Origin: Naegleria gruberi
Lineage: Eukaryota
NCBI GenBank assembly: GCA_000004985.1
Contig: GG738915.1
Strand: one strand, 5' to 3'
DNA: 64,000 nt
Part shown: piece after piece, positions 1 to 9,531 of the stretch
Layout: every line of letters starts with the position of its first letter
Position numbering within the stretch: the stretch's first letter is position 1
Position numbers and translations under genes: made by a program
Notes under the pieces: generated by a model
The model's input: only the letters and a program-made list of their open reading frames with translations
Told to the model about the DNA's origin: nothing
Databases searched by the model: none

Positions 1-286
1 TAGAAATCTCAGAGCCAAGTTGGAATCCTCTCCTAAATATTCAAATCTTAGAGTTTCAGTTCTAGTGCCAGGATGGGTCCATTCAAGTATGTCAAAGGCT
101 TTCCCAGCTAAGGAAATGCAACTTGGAATGATTTCTTCAGAGTTGGCTGCCAAGTTGACTTGGAGTGGAATTGAACGTGATTTTGAAATTATTGATATTA
201 GTGGAGTTTGGGGATTGATCATGCGTGTTTTCCTCAAATTCCCATTCAATCTTAGTTCATCACTTGTGGCTTTACTCGATAGATAA
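1..286 (+). CDS. possible 3'-terminal coding segment of a gene entering from upstream of the window; product unknown
   Basis: Frame is open from nt 2 to TAA at 284-286 with coding-like codon usage. The ORF-track 'M' at nt 20 is a TTG. No recognisable motif. Confidence 0.25.
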   Translation, partial: RNLRAKLESSPKYSNLRVSVLVPGWVHSSMSKAFPAKEMQLGMISSELAAKLTWSGIERDFEIIDISGVWGLIMRVFLKFPFNLSSSLVALLDR

Positions 287-462
287 ACATCGTATTAAAG
301 TAGCTTTTGTAAGTTTTCTTGATTCATGTTCAACAAATAATTTAACCATTCAACAATACAATTCCTCTTAACATCTCACGTTTCAGATCTTTAAATAGAT
401 ATTTGAAACTGCTCACGAACTTTAACAAAAAAAAATATTTAACTTGATAACTTGATCAGAGA

Positions 463-2574
463 ATGGTTAAGACTTCAATTGGAAGAGAAAAACAAAAGGC
501 ATCCATTGTTAATATTGCCACAAGAAGATTACTCAAGGATTTGAAGGAAATTAATGAAAATCCACTGCCTGATATTGTGGCAGCTCCCGTAGATGCAGAG
601 AAAAATCTATTTGAATGGAGAGCCAATTTAAAGGGATTTGGGTCTTATGAAGGAGGAATATTTCACATTAGGCTAACCTTTCCAACTGACTACCCAATCA
701 AACCACCAACTGTTGAATTGTGTACACCAATTGATCATCCAAATATCATTGGCAAATCAATATGTTTAGACATGTTGGGAGATGCATGGTCAACAGCTTA
801 CTCTGTGCAATCAATTTTACTCCAATTACAATCCATATTATTGGATGACGAGAGAGTGGATGAGATGGCAACTATTAACCCAAAGCAATACAAGCAAAAA
901 AAGAAGGAAATAGTTGACGCTTGTAAGTGGGCAGTTGAGCAATCTTTGAGATTTTCAGACCCTTCTGTTGGCCATTTTCCTCCTGCAAAGCCGTTCCCAA
1001 AGTTTCAAACAGCACAGGCAAAAGTTATTGATTTGAATGAGTTTACCAAATCTGAGCTTGTTTGCTATTTCTCCAGAAGTTCCTATGAGGAAGATGTGCT
1101 TGGTTATGGTATCACCTTTACAAAGAATATTAGAACTGGAAGAATTAATTTGATCCAATCAACTCTTGAGTTGTTATCTTTGAGATCATTTATGAATTAT
1201 TCCATTAGAAAAACATCGAATGGTGATGAATTTACTCATTGGATGCCTATTTTCGTTGAGCCAAACCATGGTAAAAAGGCAATGCACTTGGCTAAACGTT
1301 CAATTTCAATGATTTGCACAGGTAATGCAAAGAATTTCAAACCTGAACAAGTTATGGAAGTATTTCCAAAGATTCTGACAACTATTTCTGTTGACATTAT
1401 GACTACACAGAAGAAGCATGGTTCTATCAGAGCATTGAAGATCTATTGTCATTACTATAGAACATTTTTGGAGTTTGTGAAGGAATATCCAGAATTATTG
1501 GTAACAATTAATAATAATGTTAAGAGATTTATTGATTCTGAGGATAACAGACACAAAGACGTGACTCCAAATTTAGGAGAACTATTGGCAATCCTTCCAT
1601 TGAGTGATTACTCTTGGAAGGACATTTCAAGTGCATACATTGAGGAGTCGTTTACTAGAAATGTATTTTGGCTTCTTAATAGATATAAAGAATTAGAAAT
1701 GGAAAATTGCAAAGAATTCGATGACATGGATCGTCTCAAATATTCATTTGAAACAAGTAAGGCCAGTCAGAAATTGTTAATGTTGAACATATTCATTTTA
1801 GAAAACATTGCAAGACCTGAAAGAACTGAAATTGAAGAAATCAGAAATGAGTTTGATAATAGACTTGGTAGATTGAATCCAACAGATGAAGATTCCTGTT
1901 TAGAAACATTGAAAAAAATTAACTGTGTCAAAAACTACTTGGAATTCTTTGAGTTTGTTGGAATGAGTCAGGTCAAGGAAGATCAAATTGTTGAACTATT
2001 GAAGCAATCTATCAAGAAGAGTAAGACTAAGGGATACCATGGATCTACTATCTATGTTATGAGTCCTGAAGAGTTCCAAAGACACACTAAGAAATTGGAC
2101 GAATATCTAATTAATGATGGACAAGGAAATTACATACTCGAAACCAATGAAGAGAAGTGGAAAACAGGCTGTATACAAAGATGGGGTACGGTTAAATATC
2201 CTGACTATTTGGAAAACCTCTCAAATCCTTGGCGAAAACTCTACTTGCAGTACAATTTACAAGACTTGATTTCTTCATTGAATGAATCTTGTGATTTCAA
2301 GTATCTCCATCATGTTTTGGAACTTTGTGTTGAGATTCCAAGATTGGAAATTGTCATGTTTAATCCAGAAAAGTTGAAGAGCAAATACTACTTCCTCACG
2401 CTTGTATTGACTAAACTTGTGAATTTGGACACCTTAACAATTTCAAGAGGTGAAACTGGTTTGGGAACATCAGGTTTCCGTGCTCTTATTAAAGGGCTTT
2501 CTAATAATCAAGCCAAATTAGAGAATTTGATTTTAGACAGTTGTGATATTACAGCTAGTTGTGTTGAGAATTAA
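463..2574 (+). CDS. N-terminal part of a multidomain protein: ubiquitin-conjugating enzyme (UBC/E2) catalytic domain followed by a ~530-aa extension that enters RNI-like leucine-rich repeats
   Basis: ATG at 463 with A at -3. Residues ~15-170 match the UBC fold, including the HPNI..GKSICLDML active-site Cys block and a WST..SILLQLQSILL helix (the WSPA..LLSIQSLL equivalent). The C-terminal part reads as LRRs (LENLILDSCDIT...). Stop TAA at 2572-2574. Probably the same gene as 2568-4400. Confidence 0.85.
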   Translation: MVKTSIGREKQKASIVNIATRRLLKDLKEINENPLPDIVAAPVDAEKNLFEWRANLKGFGSYEGGIFHIRLTFPTDYPIKPPTVELCTPIDHPNIIGKSICLDMLGDAWSTAYSVQSILLQLQSILLDDERVDEMATINPKQYKQKKKEIVDACKWAVEQSLRFSDPSVGHFPPAKPFPKFQTAQAKVIDLNEFTKSELVCYFSRSSYEEDVLGYGITFTKNIRTGRINLIQSTLELLSLRSFMNYSIRKTSNGDEFTHWMPIFVEPNHGKKAMHLAKRSISMICTGNAKNFKPEQVMEVFPKILTTISVDIMTTQKKHGSIRALKIYCHYYRTFLEFVKEYPELLVTINNNVKRFIDSEDNRHKDVTPNLGELLAILPLSDYSWKDISSAYIEESFTRNVFWLLNRYKELEMENCKEFDDMDRLKYSFETSKASQKLLMLNIFILENIARPERTEIEEIRNEFDNRLGRLNPTDEDSCLETLKKINCVKNYLEFFEFVGMSQVKEDQIVELLKQSIKKSKTKGYHGSTIYVMSPEEFQRHTKKLDEYLINDGQGNYILETNEEKWKTGCIQRWGTVKYPDYLENLSNPWRKLYLQYNLQDLISSLNESCDFKYLHHVLELCVEIPRLEIVMFNPEKLKSKYYFLTLVLTKLVNLDTLTISRGETGLGTSGFRALIKGLSNNQAKLENLILDSCDITASCVEN

Positions 2575-4400
2575 CAAAAGGATCTCTGAGCTCTTGTAAC
2601 TTGAAACGTATTGCTCTATGTGGAAATCCACTGGGAGATCAAGGAGCCAATTACCTGTCCAAATTCCTAATGAGACATGAAAATGTTCCCCATCTACGTG
2701 AGTTGGATCTTTCTCGCTGTGGAATTAGACAAAATGGAGCTGAATGTATTGCTGAAGCTTTGCTAGTAAAGAGGGAAATTACATCCTTCAAATTTATTGG
2801 AAATCCATCAGAGCAAGGACTGTATACCATATTGAAACACTTGGGATACTCCTCATGTATTGCGGAGATTGATTTCAGTATGACTAGTTCTATTGTAGCC
2901 AATGGTAATTCTGAAAGTATGGTCAAACTGTTGGATCTTTCCACAACTCTCAAGAAGATTAACTTGTGGAAAGCTAATGGATTCCACATTCTCACCCAAG
3001 AAGTATTCAACAGAATTGGTAAATCAAAGAGTTTGAAAGATATTGATATGGCCGAAACAAAATTCAAAGATATTTCACTATTTGCTTTCGCTTTGAAAGA
3101 TAACTACGTATTGGAAACTTTGAATCTATCAAATAATGATATCAAACTCTCTGAGGTGTATCAATTATATTGTAGATTACTTTTGTTACACTTTGAGAAT
3201 GCTAACAAAACGAGAGAATTCTTGGATGGACCTAATGCTGCTGTCCCACCAAAGCTTGTCCATTTACAAAAGCTAACTCTATCTAAGAATAATTTAACTA
3301 ATCTATTACAGTCAAATATCAAAGAGGCAATTAGTATTGGTCAAATAATGAAAATGTGTACAAATTTGAATTATTTGGATTTATCGGGATGTAAAATTGA
3401 CAAAACTCATATGGAAGGAATTGCAGCAGCTTTGGATCCTAAATTCAACCTTCCTCTCAAAACTCTCAAATTGAATAATAATGAGATTGGCAAAACAGGT
3501 TTGAGACCACTTGCCTCTATAATGAAACTCAATACTACCATTGAAGATTTGGACCTCTCTGGTAATGATTTGGGAGTTACAGGAAGTGTTTCATTAGCTG
3601 AAATCATTACAAATAACTCTTCCATCAAGAAATTGAACATATTCTCATGTTTTGTTCAAATTGAAGGAATTGACATTATTTCCAAAGCATTACAACAAAA
3701 CACATCAATCACAGATTTGGATATTGGTTTGAATTCAGCCAAAGAAAGAGGAGCTCTTTCAATTATTGAAATGCTCAAACAAAATACCACTCTTAAGAGG
3801 CTTGGACTCAAATTGAATCATTTAAGTGACAAGACATGTACACAAATTGCCAATATCATTGCTATTGAAAATCCTAAATCCGCAATTCAATATTTAGCTC
3901 TTTCTGGTAATTCTCTTTCAATTTCAACAAGTTCCAATATTTCCATAGTTCTAAACTCTGTAAAGGATAGAGTAATTGAGTTTGATCTTACCAAATTGGT
4001 TGAAGTGAAAGATACAGAAAAACAAAATAGAACTATTTATCTTTCACCACTTCCAAACTCAATTACAATTCAAGATATCAAGAAATTCTTCTATCAACAC
4101 AAATGTGGAGCTATATTGAATGTCTACATTCACAAACATAAGACTCCCAATAAGAAGACCAGACTCAACAAGTATGCCTTTGTAGAGTTTGCTCATCCAG
4201 ACTCACTTCAATTGGCCATACGTTTGAGATATTCTAATAGACCAGAAAAGAAATCTCCAAATGTTGTAAAGCTTTTGAAGAGAATTCGTGGAAATGATGG
4301 TAAGAAAACTAAAGCAAAATGGTATGAATCCAAGCTCATCATCACCAAATCAGGCAATCAACTTCACAATGAAAGAGCCAAAAAGAAAATCAAACATTAA
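2568..4400 (+). CDS. continuation of the same protein: RNI-like leucine-rich repeats plus a C-terminal RRM (RNA-recognition motif) domain
   Basis: Frame 0 is open from 2568, one nt out of phase with the upstream ORF. The LRR periodicity continues across the junction (..LILDSCDITASCVE|ELTKGSLSSCNLKRIALCGNPLGDQGANYL..). The C-terminus has RNP2-like IYLSPL and RNP1-like KYAFVEFA. Stop TAA at 4398-4400. The ORF-track start at 2601 is a TTG. Confidence 0.8.
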   Translation, partial: ELTKGSLSSCNLKRIALCGNPLGDQGANYLSKFLMRHENVPHLRELDLSRCGIRQNGAECIAEALLVKREITSFKFIGNPSEQGLYTILKHLGYSSCIAEIDFSMTSSIVANGNSESMVKLLDLSTTLKKINLWKANGFHILTQEVFNRIGKSKSLKDIDMAETKFKDISLFAFALKDNYVLETLNLSNNDIKLSEVYQLYCRLLLLHFENANKTREFLDGPNAAVPPKLVHLQKLTLSKNNLTNLLQSNIKEAISIGQIMKMCTNLNYLDLSGCKIDKTHMEGIAAALDPKFNLPLKTLKLNNNEIGKTGLRPLASIMKLNTTIEDLDLSGNDLGVTGSVSLAEIITNNSSIKKLNIFSCFVQIEGIDIISKALQQNTSITDLDIGLNSAKERGALSIIEMLKQNTTLKRLGLKLNHLSDKTCTQIANIIAIENPKSAIQYLALSGNSLSISTSSNISIVLNSVKDRVIEFDLTKLVEVKDTEKQNRTIYLSPLPNSITIQDIKKFFYQHKCGAILNVYIHKHKTPNKKTRLNKYAFVEFAHPDSLQLAIRLRYSNRPEKKSPNVVKLLKRIRGNDGKKTKAKWYESKLIITKSGNQLHNERAKKKIKH

Positions 4401-4714
4401 TCTGTTTTAATCACCAAATTCCCAAATTTCACTAGTAGAATTCTTGACATTGAATCATTTTTTGAATGTATTTTTACTAAGGTTTTGTGAAATTTATTTT
4501 CAATACTTCAGAAAAGGTCGAAATGATAAGGTAAAGATAGTCCTCTAACTAGCTTACTTTAAAATTAGTAAAACTCCTACACCCGTCAAAAGTCCTACCC
4601 GCTGCATTTAAGGATCCAACAAGTGCGGGCTATTTTAATCATCATTGATGCAACTTGATGTAATATGAGTGGCATCAAGTATTTTCAAACAAAACACAAC
4701 AAAACACATAAAAA

Positions 4715-5719
4715 ATGGCAGGAGGAGGTTCAACCTACAAATCGACAGAACCAATCGGAACTGGTAGAATATTCTTTTATTGCATTGTTTGGCTGATATT
4801 GGTGATTGGTCTATCGTTTATGAATAAAGCAGTATTTAAATGGACAGAATTCAAGTATCCAGTGCTGCTGTCGACTGTACATATGATTATAAATTGGTTG
4901 ATGGGAAGTTTTGTGTGGGGAAGGATGAATGGAAAGATAAAGGAGGAAGAGGAAAAGAAGGGTCATGATTTGAGACATTTAATAATGTACTTCTCATTGT
5001 TATTTGTATTGAATATTGCTTTCGGAAATATGAGTGTCAAGGCAGTGAATTTATTGTTGAGTCAAGTTTTCAGATCTTCAATGCCAATATTTATAATGAT
5101 TTGTTCGGTTGTGTTGGGTGTTGGAAGTAGACCTAGTACACGCGTTATTCTCACTGTTTTACCAATTATTATTGGAGTTTATTTGACTTGTAAGAAAGAT
5201 GACAGTAAGGTTAGCTCAAATACTGAAGAAGATTTATTGAATATCAAATCATTGGCTATTTTATTAATTGGAAACATTATGTGTGCTCTCAAAACTACTC
5301 TTACCAATAAGTATCTCAATCAGTACAAGTTCCATCCAATTTATTTATTGAGTAAGCTTTCAATGTGGAGCTCTTTTGGAATGTTTGCTTTTGCTGCAGT
5401 GACTGGAGAAGTTTCAGACCTTTTCAACAATAATTTACATGTTTTATATAATGTCAAGACAGTTGGATTTGTCATTTCTACAGGATTTGTTGCATTCCTA
5501 TTGAACTATTTCAATTTCCTTGCCAATTCCTCTACAAGTCCACTCACAATGGGAATTTGTGGATTGTTACATCAAGTGCTGACAGTCTACCTTTCTACCA
5601 TTGTTTTTGATACATCTTTGAATCAAACTAATGTGATTGGTATTTGTCTTGCAATGATTGGCAGTGCTCTCTATACTTTTGTAAAGTATTTAGAAGCTCA
5701 AAAAGTAAAATCAAACTAA
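4715..5719 (+). CDS. multi-pass membrane transporter, DMT superfamily (triose-phosphate / nucleotide-sugar transporter-like), 334 aa
   Basis: aaaaaATG start. About 10 hydrophobic helices in a ~330-aa protein, the typical size and organisation of TPT/NST carriers. Family assignment rests on topology and length only. Confidence 0.55.
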   Translation: MAGGGSTYKSTEPIGTGRIFFYCIVWLILVIGLSFMNKAVFKWTEFKYPVLLSTVHMIINWLMGSFVWGRMNGKIKEEEEKKGHDLRHLIMYFSLLFVLNIAFGNMSVKAVNLLLSQVFRSSMPIFIMICSVVLGVGSRPSTRVILTVLPIIIGVYLTCKKDDSKVSSNTEEDLLNIKSLAILLIGNIMCALKTTLTNKYLNQYKFHPIYLLSKLSMWSSFGMFAFAAVTGEVSDLFNNNLHVLYNVKTVGFVISTGFVAFLLNYFNFLANSSTSPLTMGICGLLHQVLTVYLSTIVFDTSLNQTNVIGICLAMIGSALYTFVKYLEAQKVKSN

Positions 5720-5769
5720 TTTCTAACAACAACTTTCGTATTGAACTTTCCAATAAATTATATTAAAAA

Positions 5770-6840
5770 ATGGCAGAACAAGTTAGGGTTGAGTTATTCG
5801 ATTTTTCAACAACACCATCACAGCAAGGCTGGGAATTAAATAAATTTCTGCAAGAAAGGTTTCGTAAGAAGAAACCGACCGGAGCTTCATTTGCATATTC
5901 CACCTTTCGTAAAATTAATACTATTAGCACAAGAAGGTGGAAACGACGATTCATTGCCAACTCGTTTGCAATTTGCAAATCTTTAAATTGTATTCTCATG
6001 CTCTCATCAAACAACACGGTCTATGTTTATTCTCTCAAATCTAAAAGGTATCTGAATCGGTTTCCACTCTTTCCCTTTGGATATAATTTGGGAGGACCTC
6101 CACTACATTTTAAAGTGGTAGAACGAGAGCAAGATCCAAATAATCAGGCTCACATTATTGTACTACTTTCGGATAGTTTTAATGGTAAATTGGAAATACA
6201 TAAAATTAATTTGGACACATTGATGAAAGAACGAAGTCGTATGAAGAATAGAAATACCAGGATTTTAGATAGCTATGCTTCTAATTTGGTGTGGAAAATT
6301 GAGAAGAATATACCCAAGACAAATGGAACTGCCACAATGCTATTTGTTCCAAATAGAGAGTTTGAGAATGTTGAAAAGGGTGACGCTGCTATATTGATCT
6401 ATTTCACTAATCAAAAGAATATCCTAGATTGTTTTAGTTACAAGTATGGAAAACAACTGAGTTCTATAACTGTCCCTGATACTATAAGTAGCTCAAGTAC
6501 TGTATTACATTTAGCTGTCAGTGGATCTAATTTAATATTTTACAGGTATAACTCTGCTGATTTTGTGGATCAAAGAATGAATGTAATACAGAGTTTGAAA
6601 ACAAACATTATTTGCATTGGAAGCGCTGTCATCTATGAGCCAAATTCAAATGTGTTTATAACCCAGCAATCATCTAAAATTATGGCATTTCAATATCGCG
6701 ATGATAATCTCAGTGTTGTTGGATCACGCAAGTTGAGAGTAAAAGGTAAAACAATCGATTGGTCAATGATGCATTTCAATGATTCCAATGGAGAGCTATT
6801 GGTTCTGCATCGTAATGAGAAATTATTAACATTCAAGTAA
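5770..6840 (+). CDS. hypothetical protein, 356 aa
   Basis: aaaaaATG start only 50 bp after the stop of the preceding gene. Uninterrupted ORF with coding-like composition. No motif recognised. Confidence 0.5.
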   Translation: MAEQVRVELFDFSTTPSQQGWELNKFLQERFRKKKPTGASFAYSTFRKINTISTRRWKRRFIANSFAICKSLNCILMLSSNNTVYVYSLKSKRYLNRFPLFPFGYNLGGPPLHFKVVEREQDPNNQAHIIVLLSDSFNGKLEIHKINLDTLMKERSRMKNRNTRILDSYASNLVWKIEKNIPKTNGTATMLFVPNREFENVEKGDAAILIYFTNQKNILDCFSYKYGKQLSSITVPDTISSSSTVLHLAVSGSNLIFYRYNSADFVDQRMNVIQSLKTNIICIGSAVIYEPNSNVFITQQSSKIMAFQYRDDNLSVVGSRKLRVKGKTIDWSMMHFNDSNGELLVLHRNEKLLTFK

Positions 6841-7382
6841 AATATTTCAAGGTGTCATTTCTTTAAATTGATTGAGTTAATAGATTAGGATTTCATTAAT
6901 GTATCAAGGTATGGCACGGTGTTGAAAAACTTTGGTATATTGTTAAACAATGGCAATATTAAGCAGTGTTTGACGAGTTATTAATTTTGTGATCAGAAAT
7001 ACAAAGGTATCCAACAGTAGTTTGCATTAAATTAGTAAATTTATTAAATTTATGACACAAAAAGTGGAAAAACAGGAATCATTTTCCCACATTCCATTCT
7101 CCTCATTGGTAGCATAGGTAATGCTTGCTAAAGAGCCACCATCTACACCCTTGGTAGATATTGTAATTCGGAATACATCCATATATAAACCTCCACTCAA
7201 TTTAAAAACAACTGTTTGCGTCTTTGAGTGGCTTGAAAAATTATATAGATTTCGTTTGAGCAACCTATCACCGAATAACCCTCAATAGCATCCATTTTTT
7301 AACAATCAATGAAGAGTTCTTGAATAATTTTTTTTCACACAATCAAATAATGTAATTGAGGTATTATAAGGTTAAAAAATAT

Positions 7383-9155
7383 TTAGTTGTCGTCTACTGT
7401 ACTCTCCTTTAACACAGCATCTTCAAAATTTTGGATTTGATGATCAATAAAGTGTTGAAAACGAGAACAGTCACTAACTTTCCATTCAATTTCATTCCAT
7501 TTCGAAAGTAATTTAAACATCATGCTGGAGAAAGAGGATAGATCTTTAAGAATTTGAACTTTTTTCAATTTTGGTGGTTTAAACTGTTGCAATAACTCAA
7601 TATCTTTGTACGATGAAAATGTACATTCCAATGCAATTAAATTCTCATAGTTTTTACCCAATTCTTCAAAAAATTCTTTTGGAAATTCTCCAATTGTACA
7701 AATAATACTTAAATATTCCAAATTTCTCAGTACATCCAATTTAATAAAATCCATCAATTGCTCCTTTCCACTGATTACCACTGATAATCTCCTTAAATGT
7801 TTTAAATGTTCAATCTTTTCCAAATTTTGAGAGATATCTGAATTTGTAAACAGCGATTCCAAATTATTCAAACATTCATTAGAAAACATATTAAAATCTA
7901 TATCTCCTAGGACTTTGATACGTAAATGCTTCAAATTTTTAACTAAGCTCAAATTACTCAAACTAAATGCCAAATCTTTGGTCGCATATAAATTAAATAC
8001 TAATATTTCTAAATTTCTCAATGTATTATTACTGAAAAATTTTTCAGTGTCCTTAAATACTCTCGAAACTATTTTCAATATTTTCAGATTTGAAAAGTTA
8101 TATTTCCATACATGATTAAGACAATAACTGGCTTGATCAGTGTCTTGTGAATAATCAATCCTTAAGTATTTTAAATTTAGAATCATATCAGTGTCAACAA
8201 CCTCATCATCTTGCTCACTTGCATCTATCATGTATGCTTTTAAAATTTCTAATGTTTTAATATTATTTAGAAGCATTATTAGTTGCTTTTCACCATCGAG
8301 CTGTATATCCAAAACTGAGAGGAGTTTCAAATTTAAAATCCGAGAAATATTACTAAATAGATCATCAATTCTCAATATTCTAAGACAGTCAGTATAATTA
8401 TTGATAATTGGTGATAGTTTTTTCATAATATCATACTCCTCCATTGAAATATCTAAAAGTTTCAAATTATATAAATTTCTGTCTTTTAATTCTATTTTGT
8501 TATAACTAGTTTTAATTTTTATAAATTGTATGGTAGGTTTCTTGAAATGGAATGTGAAAGTTTTATCATTTTCCTCAAATAACCTCTTAATGACAAGGTG
8601 TTTGATGTTTACACATTTGAGAATTAATTTTAATAGAGAATCGGGTTCATACTGAGAAAGTATTTCCAAATTTTCTATTTGAATTAAATCACAGTTAGGT
8701 ATTAGAGTAGATTTCCTTATCAATAAATTTTTAATAGTATTAATAACATTCCTAAATTGTTTTGAAACTGTCAAGTATTTAAAAATCTCAAAATCATAAT
8801 TTAAATATGCAAATATGTTACATAATACATCATCACAAAATAATTCCGAACAGGTTTTGATTTGTTTGGTTTTCAACAGTTTATCGTGATCCATATCTTG
8901 ATCACTAATTTCCTCAAATTTGCGTTTGTTCTTATTTTCATCAGTGCTACTTCCATTTGATTTTAATTTACATAATTCAATTTCCAATTTTAATTCTTCC
9001 TGTCTTGCTTTTGCTTTGGCTTCTTCTTGAGTGAATTGTAATTTCAACTTCCACAATTCAAATATTTGCTCCGAAGAGAGTCCAAGCCTTTGACATTGTT
9101 CAATGAAACCATCAGAGTCCCCACCATCCTTTAACACAGCATTTTGTTGCGGCAT
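7383..9155 (-). CDS. F-box / leucine-rich-repeat protein, 590 aa
   Basis: Reverse-strand ATG in aaaaaATG context. Acidic/coiled N-terminus, then an F-box-like block (CSELFCDDVLCNIFAYLNYDFEIFKYLTVSKQFRNVINTIK), then repeated L-rich ~25-aa units. Confidence 0.7.
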   Translation of the reverse strand: MPQQNAVLKDGGDSDGFIEQCQRLGLSSEQIFELWKLKLQFTQEEAKAKARQEELKLEIELCKLKSNGSSTDENKNKRKFEEISDQDMDHDKLLKTKQIKTCSELFCDDVLCNIFAYLNYDFEIFKYLTVSKQFRNVINTIKNLLIRKSTLIPNCDLIQIENLEILSQYEPDSLLKLILKCVNIKHLVIKRLFEENDKTFTFHFKKPTIQFIKIKTSYNKIELKDRNLYNLKLLDISMEEYDIMKKLSPIINNYTDCLRILRIDDLFSNISRILNLKLLSVLDIQLDGEKQLIMLLNNIKTLEILKAYMIDASEQDDEVVDTDMILNLKYLRIDYSQDTDQASYCLNHVWKYNFSNLKILKIVSRVFKDTEKFFSNNTLRNLEILVFNLYATKDLAFSLSNLSLVKNLKHLRIKVLGDIDFNMFSNECLNNLESLFTNSDISQNLEKIEHLKHLRRLSVVISGKEQLMDFIKLDVLRNLEYLSIICTIGEFPKEFFEELGKNYENLIALECTFSSYKDIELLQQFKPPKLKKVQILKDLSSFSSMMFKLLSKWNEIEWKVSDCSRFQHFIDHQIQNFEDAVLKESTVDDN

Positions 9156-9531
9156 TTTTTGGTATCTTTACGATACTAAAAATTTTCAAGCTTACAGTTT
9201 TGCTTGTGGTAAAACATGTTTTACCTGATGAATGTAGTCTCCAATTTTGAAGGATGATAGAATGGAGAGACATTCAAACAGGTTTCTCTCCGGCTTATTG
9301 ATAAATATCGAGCAAATGAATTAATTAAGGGTTTTACTAAGGCACTTTATGCTCACTTGTTGTAAATTGGACAAGATTGTGGAAAATATCAATGATCAAT
9401 CTCTGAATTGAATGCAACTACCCAGGTTAAAAAATAATATTATTGGGGTAATAAGCTTCCTTCTTAGAAGAATTGGCCCAATAACTTTTCCCACCAAAAT
9501 TAGAGTTTGAAATTGTAATATTTAAAAAAAA

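Noticed and set aside
2561-2580. A 20-23-nt GT...AG intron to join the two halves of the E2-LRR-RRM gene
   Set aside because: The phase-consistent option yields an in-frame stop or an implausibly short LRR unit, and GTTGTG is a poor donor. A single-base indel fits the LRR periodicity better.
2601-4400. ORF-track start codons at 2601, 9846, 13484, 14600, 15281, 20172, 24490 and 26402
   Set aside because: These positions are TTG or GTG, shown as M by a bacterial-style ORF caller. In this eukaryotic sequence they mark exon interiors or frames opened by an upstream intron, not translation starts.
7027-7263. 78-aa minus-strand ORF (51 aa from its first ATG) in the convergent spacer 6841-7382
   Set aside because: Short, TTG-initiated in the track, and with no supporting features. 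This spacer holds the 3' ends of two genes.
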